Shown: positions 46,786 through 56,026 of the stretch, piece after piece
Layout: the number at the start of each line of letters is the position of its first letter
Numbering within the stretch: the first letter of the stretch is position 1
Assembly (NCBI GenBank): GCA_016182565.1
Contig: JACPGI010000004.1
Coordinates: 40,321-104,320, forward strand
Length of the DNA: 64,000 bases
Direction of reading: 5' to 3'
DNA from: a candidate division WWE3 bacterium
Lineage (GTDB): Bacteria; Patescibacteriota; WWE3; UBA101185; UBA10185
Program-made: the position numbers and the translations under genes
Notes under the pieces: model-generated
The model's database searches: none
The model's input: the letters and a program-made list of their open reading frames with translations, nothing else
What the model was told of the DNA's origin: nothing

Positions 46786-47007
46786 TTATGCCAGCTGTAG
46801 GGCGTGCTGGAGCTCTTCCACCACAGCATTGCGGCCTTGTTCTGAAAGAGTTGCGTTTGAACCAAACACGTCAACCCAACCAGACATTGCAAGGTCAGCA
46901 AGTGTGCTCCCACCAATTGCTACGTGGGGGTTTTTAAGCGGTTCCACAATGGTGCCGTCTGCAACAAAATGCACCATCAAGATCTTTAGTGCATCAGATT
47001 TTGACAT
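46786..47007 (-). CDS. small hypothetical protein (73 aa), atypically GC-rich (~52%)
   Basis: GGAGGAAG SD 4-5 nt before ATG; no family recognised. Confidence 0.5.
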   Translation of the reverse strand: MSKSDALKILMVHFVADGTIVEPLKNPHVAIGGSTLADLAMSGWVDVFGSNATLSEQGRNAVVEELQHALQLA

Positions 47008-47082
47008 CTCTTCCTCCGATTTTGTACAAGAAAGGAATTACATTGTATTTCTTAGATAGTAGCACTTAGGTTATTGTTTAGC

Positions 47083-47113
47083 AAAAAACCCGCGGTTTTG
47101 CCGCGGGTTTTAT
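47083..47113 (-). terminator. Rho-independent terminator (CCCGCGG/CCGCGGG stem flanked by A6 and T4)
   Basis: On minus transcript: hairpin then U6; 30 nt downstream of the DUF4349-like gene stop. Confidence 0.5.
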
Positions 47114-47145
47114 AGTGTTTATTTCTAAGAATTAACTAATTTTAT

Positions 47146-48078
47146 TTAGTTTAGGGTTTGTGGTTTTTTCCAGTATTTTTTTATCAACCATACAACCACT
47201 ATTAATGGGATCCAGATTATTGAATAAACTGCAATCCAAATAAGTCCGCCAGCCATGTTTCTAGCATTTTCAACTAATGATCTGACAGCGTACTTAAATA
47301 CTAACTTAGCATTCCATCTACTCTCTGGTGCAAATGGTAATTCAAGCTCATCGGTAGACATGTAGACTGTAATTAATGTGGATCTTGAAGATTGAGTCAT
47401 ATATTCTATTTGCCCCTTTATATCATCGATTTGTTGCTCAATGCCAATAATTCGGTCGGTAACTATAAGGATTTGTTCCACATCATTTGTATTTTTTAAA
47501 ATCTCCTCATATTTTATTTTTGTTGTTTGAAGAGTTTTTAGCCTTTCTTCGGTATCAACAAATTGATCTGTAATGTCATCACCATTTATATTCTCTGTGA
47601 CTACTTTAACAGCGCTGTTTCGAAGAAATCCAAGCATAGTCTCTAAGTTATTTGCTGGAACTCTTATCGTGATATTTCCTGAGGAAAGTCCTTCTGGTGA
47701 GCTAATACTAGAATTTACCACATACCCCCCAACCTTTGTGGCTTGCTTGGAAGCTATTTCAATTGACTCCCGGACATTTTTAACAAGAAGTGATAAATAT
47801 GAGTTCGTGACCACCATACGGTCAGTAATATCTAATCTTGGTATAGAAGACCCAAAATCTCCTGGTATTGGCATCCTCTCATCTCCAACTGTCAGAGATT
47901 TATTCTGGTATTCATCATAATACCCCCCATTGCCGCTAAATGGTGAGGCTGGGACACCTTTAAATCTATTGAAGGATATTGGACTGGCACCAATTCCACC
48001 AAATGCAATAAAAGCTAGTACAATTATTAATACTGTGGGCACTTTATTGGATTTTATCCATAATAATATGTTGTTCAT
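47146..48078 (-). CDS. DUF4349-like protein (N-terminal TM, coiled-coil, C-terminal TM)
   Basis: Architecture and segments such as DDITDQFVDTEERLKTLQ resemble the DUF4349 family; start ATG (MNNILLWIK) or upstream TTG. Confidence 0.6.
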   Translation of the reverse strand: MNNILLWIKSNKVPTVLIIVLAFIAFGGIGASPISFNRFKGVPASPFSGNGGYYDEYQNKSLTVGDERMPIPGDFGSSIPRLDITDRMVVTNSYLSLLVKNVRESIEIASKQATKVGGYVVNSSISSPEGLSSGNITIRVPANNLETMLGFLRNSAVKVVTENINGDDITDQFVDTEERLKTLQTTKIKYEEILKNTNDVEQILIVTDRIIGIEQQIDDIKGQIEYMTQSSRSTLITVYMSTDELELPFAPESRWNAKLVFKYAVRSLVENARNMAGGLIWIAVYSIIWIPLIVVVWLIKKYWKKPQTLN

Positions 48079-48216
48079 ATAGTAATTATCACACAACTTG
48101 TTTTAATATTCCAACCTAACAGCTCTAACATCTACTACACCAATCTACTTTTGAACCTTCGAATCTAGGTTCTAACTCTAAATTTTTCAAGTACAGATTT
48201 AGTTCAGAATTATTTC

Positions 48217-49896
48217 TTACTTTACATTGTACCAACCAGATGGGTAGGATGAGTAGGATACTTCGGGAGAATAGTCACCTGATCTGCAACCATTGATTCC
48301 TTTCATTTTGATGTTTTGCCATGTGGTTACATTTTCTAGGAAGATGTTACCATCGTTTCTTGTTTTAGCTATTTCCCATGGGAAGTTTCCAGTCCCATCA
48401 TCTATCTTTATTTTTACATAGTCTGCGCTGTACTGTGTCCAGGTTACAAACATTCCAGTTACACCATCTTTTTCTATAGGCTCAAACTTGATCCAGGTAG
48501 TATCATCTGGTTTTCTATCATTACATGAGGTGTCTTCAAGATAGGTTGTAGTGTATAAGGGAGTCATGAAGTGGATGTGGATGGCACCTCTATCAGTTCC
48601 TCCGTTGTCGTCTCTATATGCGCCAACTGCGATATCTGCTACGTTGTCATCATTCAAATCGCCTATGTTTGCAATCGAGGCGCCATAAAGATCGCTGTCA
48701 CTAAGAGTTGGCCCATTTGTCGTACCATCGTTTATCTCCACCGTACTTTTCACTGACCCATCACTATTCATAAAGTGAATATGAATTGCACCACGATTTG
48801 TTCCACCATTATCATCAGCGTAAGCTCCTACAGCAATATCCTCTATATCATCATCATTCAAGTCCCCAATACCTGCAATTCCTATCCCATACGCATCACT
48901 ATCACTAAGAGTCGGTCCATTTGTCGTACCGTCGTTTATCTCCACCGTACTTTTCACTGAACCATCGCTATTCATGAAGTGGATATGAATTGCACCTCTC
49001 CCAGAACCCCCATTATCATCAGAAGTGGCACCTACAGCTATATCATTAATTCCATCATCATCAAGATCCCCAATATTTTCAAGCGAAAAGCCATAAAGAT
49101 CACCATCACTAAGAGTCGGTCCGTTTGTCGTACTATCGTTTATTTCAACTGTCGATTTCACTGACCCATCACTATTCATAAAGTGAATATGAATTGCACC
49201 ACGATTTGTTCCACCATTATCATCAGCGTAAGCACCTACAGCAATATCAGTAACTCCATCATTGTCGAGATCTCCCATGTTAGCAATCCCTGCCCCATAT
49301 GTATCATTGTCACTAAGAGTCGGTCCATTTGTCGTACCGTCGTTTATCTCAACAGTAGATTTTATAGAACCATCACTATTCATAAAGTGAATATGAATTG
49401 CACCACGATTTGTTCCACCATTATCATCAGCGTAAGCTCCTACAGCAATATCGTTAACGCCATCACCATCAAGATCACCCATATTTTCAGCAGTATTACC
49501 ATAAAAATCACTATCACTAAGATCAGGTCCATTTGTCGTACTATCGTTTATCTCAACTGTTGATTTCACTGACCCATCGCTATTCATGAAGTGGATGCCC
49601 ACTGCTCCCCTTCTTGTACCCCCGGTGTCATCACCATAAATGCCAACAACAAGATCATTAACTCCATCACCATCAAGATCACCAATATTTTCAACAGCAC
49701 TACCATAAAGATCACTATCAATAAGCTCTGGACCGTTTGTAGTAGCATCGTTTATTTCTACTGTTGAAGATATGGAACCATCCCCATAATAATTTTTCCT
49801 TGTTGATGCGGCATGCACATACTTACTATCTAGAATGACAAGAAAGATACTTATAGAAGATAGAATAAAAGCTAAGAACTTATTGTAATTGTGCAT
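48217..49896 (-). CDS. secreted FG-GAP-type repeat beta-propeller protein (6-7 blades) with ~120-aa C-terminal domain
   Basis: Signal peptide; at least six copies of ~68-aa repeat YG...NIGDLDGDGVNDIAVGAY.DDNGGTNRGAIHIHFMNSDGSVKSTVEIND (FG-GAP/Ca-binding DxDxDG pattern). Confidence 0.7.
   Translation of the reverse strand: MHNYNKFLAFILSSISIFLVILDSKYVHAASTRKNYYGDGSISSTVEINDATTNGPELIDSDLYGSAVENIGDLDGDGVNDLVVGIYGDDTGGTRRGAVGIHFMNSDGSVKSTVEINDSTTNGPDLSDSDFYGNTAENMGDLDGDGVNDIAVGAYADDNGGTNRGAIHIHFMNSDGSIKSTVEINDGTTNGPTLSDNDTYGAGIANMGDLDNDGVTDIAVGAYADDNGGTNRGAIHIHFMNSDGSVKSTVEINDSTTNGPTLSDGDLYGFSLENIGDLDDDGINDIAVGATSDDNGGSGRGAIHIHFMNSDGSVKSTVEINDGTTNGPTLSDSDAYGIGIAGIGDLNDDDIEDIAVGAYADDNGGTNRGAIHIHFMNSDGSVKSTVEINDGTTNGPTLSDSDLYGASIANIGDLNDDNVADIAVGAYRDDNGGTDRGAIHIHFMTPLYTTTYLEDTSCNDRKPDDTTWIKFEPIEKDGVTGMFVTWTQYSADYVKIKIDDGTGNFPWEIAKTRNDGNIFLENVTTWQNIKMKGINGCRSGDYSPEVSYSSYPSGWYNVK
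48560..49760. repeat. tandem ~204-bp DNA repeats (about 6 units) encoding the propeller blades
   Basis: Antisense spurious ORFs recur at 48571, 48775, 48979, 49183 (204-nt period) with near-identical sequence. Confidence 0.7.
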
Positions 49897-49947
49897 GGTA
49901 CTATCATCTATTTTTTTGTGATTTAATACAAGGGTTTTTATTCTAAA

Positions 49948-50700
49948 TTATTTTATAAGAGTCATTATTCCAGCTACTAGTACTGCAATACCGATAAGTT
50001 TTTGGGTCCAAGTGTTTTTCCCAAATTTCTCTAACAAAAATTCAGCACCAGCCCCAACTAAAACAAAAGGAAACCCCATCCCAACCCCAAAAGCAATAAG
50101 TAAATAAACCCCTTTCAAAAGTGTCTCTGCCTCACTTGCCCAAAATAAAATTACTCCAAGAACAGGTCCAATACATGGTGTCCAAGCAAGTCCAAACCCC
50201 AAACCTATTATAAAAGAATTGATACTATTCCACTTTGTTAAAAATTTTCTAACATCAAAATGAAATCCTTTATCAAAAATTATAAAGATATTTTCTAGTC
50301 TCAAACGCTTCAAAAACTTGAATTTTGTTGAAGAATCAATATAAGAAAAAAACCCAAGATTATATAAACCTAAAAGCACAAAAAGTATTCCAACAAATAT
50401 TTCAATCTGTTTTTTATAGAAGATAAGTTGGCTATATGCTTTGTTTCCTATAACTCCTAAGATGACAAAGATTAATACAAACCCTATCGTAAAAATTATA
50501 GAGTTAAAAATGATATCTCTGCGTCTTTTTCCCGAGGATTCTTCAATTTCGGTATAAGAAAGACCTGAAATATAGGCTAGGTACGAAGGAACAAGGGGAA
50601 GTAAACAAGACGCAAAAAATGTTAAAAGACCTGCTGCAAATGCAATCCATAGATTTACTATATTCCCATCAAAAATATGAAGTAGTTGAGTAAAAATCAT
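49948..50700 (-). CDS. ccdA: cytochrome c-type biogenesis / thiol-disulfide transporter CcdA (DsbD beta-domain family)
   Basis: TM1 Cys motif FFASCLLPLVPSY and TM4 WTPCIGPVLG. Confidence 0.8.
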   Translation of the reverse strand: MIFTQLLHIFDGNIVNLWIAFAAGLLTFFASCLLPLVPSYLAYISGLSYTEIEESSGKRRRDIIFNSIIFTIGFVLIFVILGVIGNKAYSQLIFYKKQIEIFVGILFVLLGLYNLGFFSYIDSSTKFKFLKRLRLENIFIIFDKGFHFDVRKFLTKWNSINSFIIGLGFGLAWTPCIGPVLGVILFWASEAETLLKGVYLLIAFGVGMGFPFVLVGAGAEFLLEKFGKNTWTQKLIGIAVLVAGIMTLIK

Positions 50701-50719
50701 ACGAATCTACTCACACACA

Positions 50720-51484
50720 TTATTTTTTATTTATCATTGCATCGATTGCAGCTTTTAAAGTTGCATAAGGTACAGCACCGGCAAGAAGTTTTGTTTCCCC
50801 AGTTTCAAGATTCATCAAAATGTTTCCTGGAGTGCCATTAATACCGGCGGTTGTTCCACCATCTAGATCTTCATCGACCAATGCTTCTATTGCCTTATCA
50901 GTTAAACAAGCTTTAAATGTGGAAAGTGGTATTCCTGCTGCGACTGCTCCGTCCTCTCTTACCTTATCAGTTAGTGCATTGGCTTTTTCAAACATTGCAT
51001 CAGTAAATTTCCAGAATGCTACCTGGCCACCTAATTTTGCTACACATTCCGAAGCTATAGCAGTAGGTCTTGCTTGCGGATGAAAACTTAATGGAAAGTG
51101 CCTAAATACCCACATTAATTGATCTTTATATTCAGAAATTGCCTTTTGTGCTGTGGGGTGAAAGGATTGGCAATAAGGACATTCATAGTCAGAATATTCA
51201 ATGAGTGCAAATTTAGCGTCGCTTTTTCCTAGAATATGATCTTTTGAGGCATCAGGTTTAATAACTTCACCTAAAACCTCTTCTGGTGGTTGTTGTTGGG
51301 CTGGTGGAGTTGTATTTGCTTGAGGATTTTGTGCTTTTTCTTTTAGCATCTCTACTTGTGTGGAAAGTTTACCCATGAAAAAGGCCCCAATGATAAGAGC
51401 AAGAACTAAAATTATAGAGAAATTATCAGTAAGTTTAAATTTTGGATATTCGGATGAAGTTTGCATATTGTTTTCTTGTGACAT
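50720..51484 (-). CDS. DsbA/BdbD-like thioredoxin-fold thiol-disulfide oxidoreductase, membrane-anchored
   Basis: CPYC active site (YSDYECPYCQSFHP), N-terminal TM helix, low-complexity Pro/Gln linker. Confidence 0.75.
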   Translation of the reverse strand: MSQENNMQTSSEYPKFKLTDNFSIILVLALIIGAFFMGKLSTQVEMLKEKAQNPQANTTPPAQQQPPEEVLGEVIKPDASKDHILGKSDAKFALIEYSDYECPYCQSFHPTAQKAISEYKDQLMWVFRHFPLSFHPQARPTAIASECVAKLGGQVAFWKFTDAMFEKANALTDKVREDGAVAAGIPLSTFKACLTDKAIEALVDEDLDGGTTAGINGTPGNILMNLETGETKLLAGAVPYATLKAAIDAMINKK

Positions 51485-51612
51485 TAGTTGCCTTTCAATA
51501 AAATATTACAGTGTATTCTTAACAATAAACTCATTTTAGTCAATGCTTTGATATTTATAATAAGAAAACTTACAGGAGGTGTTTTGGAAATATTTTTAGT
51601 TTAAGTGCCCAA

Positions 51613-52851
51613 TTATTTTACAAGCACTATCGCATTTGGCAGGGATCTACCCGGTCCTACTATATATCCACCATTTATATACATTGCAGAACTTCCGCCC
51701 CCGTCTAGATTTAGCGCATCTTTTGCTCCAAGTGCACGCATCACATAAGCAGCGTCGGTAACTGTTGCACCTTGAATGAGAGCAAGATAAAGATTACTTC
51801 CACCAGCACCAACTGCTCCCCTTGTTCCTTTTACACTTTTTTGATAAGAAGTTAATTTATCACTATTTACTACAATGTTTCCGTCCTTAAGAAGTGTTGG
51901 GTAATTTGAGATTCCAGCTGTCACACTATCCCCACTATAATCAGTTGATTTCTTATAAAACTTGGCAGAACTTCCTTTAAAAGTTGCAAGTCCGGTATCA
52001 CTCCAACCAAGAGCTTTATTATTTAACCACTTACCAGATGATGATTTGTAAATTGCAAAATCTGTTGAGTTAATTTTACCTGCGCAATCAGCATAATCAG
52101 GTGGGCAGAAGTAAGACCCATTTATACCAGCATAGCCCCCATTATCTTTGATGTGTTGTTCCAAAGTTTTCGTGGGACAGTTATCTTTGCAAGTGTCAGA
52201 ATTTGCAGTGGCCGTAACTACTTTTACATTTGATAGTGGGACTTTAATTAGGTACACGCCAAAACTTCCCTTTTCAGTACTTACATTTGTATACGAATAA
52301 TCTCCTGAAGAGGTTATCGGTTCTGGTTTTGGTAAACTTGCCAAATAAGTTTGATAGGAAGCTTCAAGAAGTTTTTCTGCTCCTTTGAATTCTACTAGCA
52401 GTCGATCAAAATCTTTATTTAGTAATAGTTCTCCAAAACCTTTTATTTGGTCTTGTGCTTCTTTGGTATCGAGTTTATCTTTTTTGTTTCTTTCAATAAG
52501 TGAGAGAAATAAGGCATACTCATTGTATACATTTGTTATTTTAGTATTTGTATCATTTCCATCCGCTTTGTCTTTGGTAAGTTTTTCTATCTCAGCCTGC
52601 AAATCGGTAAGGATTGGATCAAGTGTAAGGCCTTCTGTAGCTTTTAGATGGTCTATAAAAAGCTCCTCATCTAAATTGGCTTGAAAGTTTATAATCTTAC
52701 TAGATACACTATTTAACTTATTTTTTGTTACTAAGTAATCACTGATAAAAAATGCTAACGCAGGTGCAACAACTACAAATATAAAAGTTGCAATACTTAC
52801 TCTTTTTAGGTTTTGAGATATTGTTATTTTTGGTATATGTAAAAATTTCAT
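51613..52851 (-). CDS. phosphodiester glycosidase (NAGPA-like, DUF2233) family protein, membrane-anchored
   Basis: C-terminal GINGSYF ... RGAVGAGG ... LNLDGGGSSAMY motifs typical of PF09992; N-terminal TM; coiled-coil linker. Confidence 0.6.
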   Translation of the reverse strand: MKFLHIPKITISQNLKRVSIATFIFVVVAPALAFFISDYLVTKNKLNSVSSKIINFQANLDEELFIDHLKATEGLTLDPILTDLQAEIEKLTKDKADGNDTNTKITNVYNEYALFLSLIERNKKDKLDTKEAQDQIKGFGELLLNKDFDRLLVEFKGAEKLLEASYQTYLASLPKPEPITSSGDYSYTNVSTEKGSFGVYLIKVPLSNVKVVTATANSDTCKDNCPTKTLEQHIKDNGGYAGINGSYFCPPDYADCAGKINSTDFAIYKSSSGKWLNNKALGWSDTGLATFKGSSAKFYKKSTDYSGDSVTAGISNYPTLLKDGNIVVNSDKLTSYQKSVKGTRGAVGAGGSNLYLALIQGATVTDAAYVMRALGAKDALNLDGGGSSAMYINGGYIVGPGRSLPNAIVLVK

Positions 52852-52887
52852 GGTTTTCTAACACTTCTTTGTTGTTATATTTATCTC

Positions 52888-54051
52888 TTATTTATTTTGT
52901 CTAAATAGTGCTTTTGCGGTGTCCCAGAAAAACTGATTGTCGTTGTGGAGCTTCTCCCAATACCACCATTCTGCTCCCCATAGGTACAAGTCTTTAAATC
53001 CAGCCCGTTGTGCATAGTCGATGGTTGCATAAAAGTCATTTCTAGACATTGTGTGATCTTTATCATCTTGAGAAAGTTTTGAGTTAAGTCCGGGACCCCA
53101 AGGCTCAGCTTGAAGTTCTGTAACAATTATTTTATCTATTGGCACGCCAAAAAGACCTGCTTTTATTGCGTAAGTCCAATTTTGAAGCGGATATTGAAAA
53201 TAAATGAATTTACCACCGAAAATACCCCAGAAGTCATACCAAATTTTTCGATACATTGAAATTCCAAGATAGTCCCCTATTTTGTAGGTTTTAAACCATA
53301 ATCCTCCCTCACCACTGTCTTGTGAAAGTATGGGTCGTTTAGCATCAAGGCTTCTTACAATATTTACCTCTTTATCAATTTGTTTCATGGTAAATGGGTA
53401 AGGGCAATCTCCAAACGGCCAGAACGGCTCATTTTCTACTTGCCAGATTTTTATTGATGAATGGTGCCTAAGCTCCAGAATAGTTTTTTTGATGTATTCG
53501 TGTAGTTCTTGTTCTCTTAAGTCTTCAGATTCAATTGCACGCCACCATTTAGGTTCAAAACACTCAGGATATCTTGGAACCTTCCTACCTAGCGAAAGAA
53601 TTACATTAACTCCTCTTTTATCTGCCTCTGTTAGTTGCCACTCAATATTACTGTAATCATAGTTATCTTTTGTAGGCTCTGTATCTTCCCAGTAGGCAAC
53701 AAGTCTTAGATTTTCTGCACCAAGATCGTCAAGGATTTGAATATAAGTTTCTTTCCAATCAAGTCCCATTTCAGAAGCATATTTCCAACTGAATGTAATA
53801 CCATAGTTAATATTTTTTTGTGGTATTGGTTTGTAATAAATGAAGAGTAAAACTGGGGTAACTGTAAAAACTATGACAATAACAAGAATTATTCGTACAA
53901 GTTGCAGATGAAAAAAATCTTTAATATCTCTTAATGCTTGAAGAAATTCCTTTTTGTACCATGGTCTTTTCTCATGAAAAACCCCATCATAAGCTTTTTG
54001 AAATATTCCCCTTTTGTACCAAGGCTTTTTTTTAGGCAGTAAATTTATCAT
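52888..54051 (-). CDS. clan GH-A (TIM-barrel) glycoside hydrolase, membrane-anchored
   Basis: Acid/base WQVENEP and nucleophile VTELQAEPW motifs ~100 aa apart; N-terminal TM helix. Confidence 0.55.
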   Translation of the reverse strand: MINLLPKKKPWYKRGIFQKAYDGVFHEKRPWYKKEFLQALRDIKDFFHLQLVRIILVIVIVFTVTPVLLFIYYKPIPQKNINYGITFSWKYASEMGLDWKETYIQILDDLGAENLRLVAYWEDTEPTKDNYDYSNIEWQLTEADKRGVNVILSLGRKVPRYPECFEPKWWRAIESEDLREQELHEYIKKTILELRHHSSIKIWQVENEPFWPFGDCPYPFTMKQIDKEVNIVRSLDAKRPILSQDSGEGGLWFKTYKIGDYLGISMYRKIWYDFWGIFGGKFIYFQYPLQNWTYAIKAGLFGVPIDKIIVTELQAEPWGPGLNSKLSQDDKDHTMSRNDFYATIDYAQRAGFKDLYLWGAEWWYWEKLHNDNQFFWDTAKALFRQNK

Positions 54052-54134
54052 AGTGGTTGTATCAACTTTTTACTTTGATTTTTATCTCTATCTTTTCTCT
54101 ATCTTTATTGTAACGGTATTTCATTCAAAGTCAC

Positions 54135-55361
54135 TCATTCAGTTGGCTCGCTCCCATCAACCTCATTATTCTTACATATTTTTGCATAGTAATAAAAACT
54201 TTTCCTTGGTTTTCTTGCAAGGTTGTTTTCACGATCAATTTCCACAAGGCCAAATTTTGGTTTGTAACCTTGGTGCCACTCAAAGTTATCCATAAGTGAC
54301 CAGTGGAAATATCCTTTTACATCAACCCCAGCCTGAATTGCTTTCCATATTTCGATTAGATGCTCTTTTATGCATTGCCTTCTTAAAGTATCCGTAGCAT
54401 CAGAAAGCCCATTTTCGGTGATATAGATAGGTTTTTTGTATTTTTTTAGAAAAAGTAGTATTTCTTTGATACCTTGTGGATTAATCCACCAACCTATATC
54501 GCTGTAAAAATTGGTGTTGGGGGTTAACTTTAGGTTTTTAAATCTTGATGTGAAATAGTAATTAAGCCCTATAAAATCTACCCTGTTTTTTATTGGCCAC
54601 AGGAAAAAATCTGTATTTAAGAAAAAAAGTACCTTTGTTGCGATGTAGTCTATGACGCTTGTTTCCGAAGCTGCCTCAAACCAAATAATGTTTGTGACAA
54701 GGCCTACAGGTACATCAGAAAGTCTTTTAATTGCATCATAAGCTGCCCTGTGGGACCTCATGAGATTAATTTGCACAATAATTGATTCTATTGGGTTGTG
54801 CTTTTGTGGTGGCCATAATCCTGCAAGGTAAGCAACTGATGCTAGGACTTGAGGCTCATTAAATGTTGCAAACGTATCCGCAAGTGGCCCAAATTCTTTG
54901 GCACAAACCTGTGCATATCTTTTAAAAATTGTGGGTGATTCTGGGTTTACCCAACCGCCTTTTTTTTGAAACCAGTTTGGGTTTGTGAAGTGATGCAAGG
55001 TGATAAAAGTTTTAAGACCTCTTTGTTTGGCGGCTTTGATTACTTTTTTATAATGCTCGATTTCTTTGGTATCAAATTTACCTTCAATAGGCTCTACTCT
55101 TGCCCACTCAATAGAAAATCTTGCGGCATTATTATGCATTTCTTTACACAGATCAAAATCCTCCTCATACCTGTTATATGAATCACACGCTATACCTGAG
55201 GGATCTTTTGGTAATTCTCTATTTTGTGGTTTTGTTACTTCCCATTCCCACCAATCGCTATTTTTATTATCTCCCTCTATTTGATGGGCAGATGTTGCAG
55301 TGCCCCATAAAAAATTATTGGGAAATAGATATTTTGTGGACATAACTATATTGTAGAACAT
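54135..55361 (-). CDS. GH1 beta-glucosidase/6-phospho-beta-glycosidase
   Basis: N-terminal signature FLWGTATSAHQIEG, acid/base TFNEPQV, nucleophile YITENG. Confidence 0.85.
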   Translation of the reverse strand: MFYNIVMSTKYLFPNNFLWGTATSAHQIEGDNKNSDWWEWEVTKPQNRELPKDPSGIACDSYNRYEEDFDLCKEMHNNAARFSIEWARVEPIEGKFDTKEIEHYKKVIKAAKQRGLKTFITLHHFTNPNWFQKKGGWVNPESPTIFKRYAQVCAKEFGPLADTFATFNEPQVLASVAYLAGLWPPQKHNPIESIIVQINLMRSHRAAYDAIKRLSDVPVGLVTNIIWFEAASETSVIDYIATKVLFFLNTDFFLWPIKNRVDFIGLNYYFTSRFKNLKLTPNTNFYSDIGWWINPQGIKEILLFLKKYKKPIYITENGLSDATDTLRRQCIKEHLIEIWKAIQAGVDVKGYFHWSLMDNFEWHQGYKPKFGLVEIDRENNLARKPRKSFYYYAKICKNNEVDGSEPTE

Positions 55362-55481
55362 TAGGGTGGTGATGATCTAGTGGTGGGATTATTTCCGATG
55401 CCAGAATTTTCTGTAATACGACACCAACCATATATAGGATAACTTATTGACACCAGCAGCTTAAACTCCCAAAATTAAGTT

Positions 55482-55928
55482 ATGCCCAACACAAAAAAAT
55501 TTGATGTAGTTGCTTTTTCTACTCACGGAAGTCATCCAACAAGGAATAGAAATTTTTTCACAAGTGTAAAAAATGCCATGGTTGGTATAAGAACTGGCTG
55601 GGAAGATTCAGGACATGTTAGGTTTCATGTATTTGCCGGTAGCTTAGTTGTGATTTTATCTCTAGTTGTCGGTTTGACGGTTACACAATGGGCAGTGGTT
55701 TTTCTTTTGATTGGGGGGATTATTTCAGCTGAAATAATAAATACGGCAATTGAAAATATTTGTAATCTTCTACGTGATAAAGCTGGTGTCCCCTATGAAT
55801 TTACTGGAAAGGCAAAAGATCTAGCCTCTGGGGCAGTGTTAACTCTAGCATTTGCATCTATTGCTATATTTTGTGTGATTTTTATCCCAAAGATTATCAG
55901 ATTATTAAACTCGTTATTTCTAATCTAA
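55482..55928 (+). CDS. dgkA: diacylglycerol/undecaprenol kinase (DgkA family)
   Basis: Three TM helices and AEIINTAIE(N) catalytic motif. Confidence 0.8.
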   Translation: MPNTKKFDVVAFSTHGSHPTRNRNFFTSVKNAMVGIRTGWEDSGHVRFHVFAGSLVVILSLVVGLTVTQWAVVFLLIGGIISAEIINTAIENICNLLRDKAGVPYEFTGKAKDLASGAVLTLAFASIAIFCVIFIPKIIRLLNSLFLI

Positions 55929-56026
55929 AAATAAGTTTCTACTTGGATCTAGTTTTATCTAAGGATTTTCTAAAGTGTGTATTTTCCCCTAGCCCCACAC
56001 CATCCCTTAAGCGTATAATTCAAACC

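Noticed and set aside
48571-49563. Series of + strand ORFs (48571, 48775, 48979, 49183) with Ile/Thr/Cys-rich products
   Set aside because: Antisense shadows of the tandem FG-GAP repeat gene on the minus strand; their 204-nt periodicity simply reflects the DNA repeats
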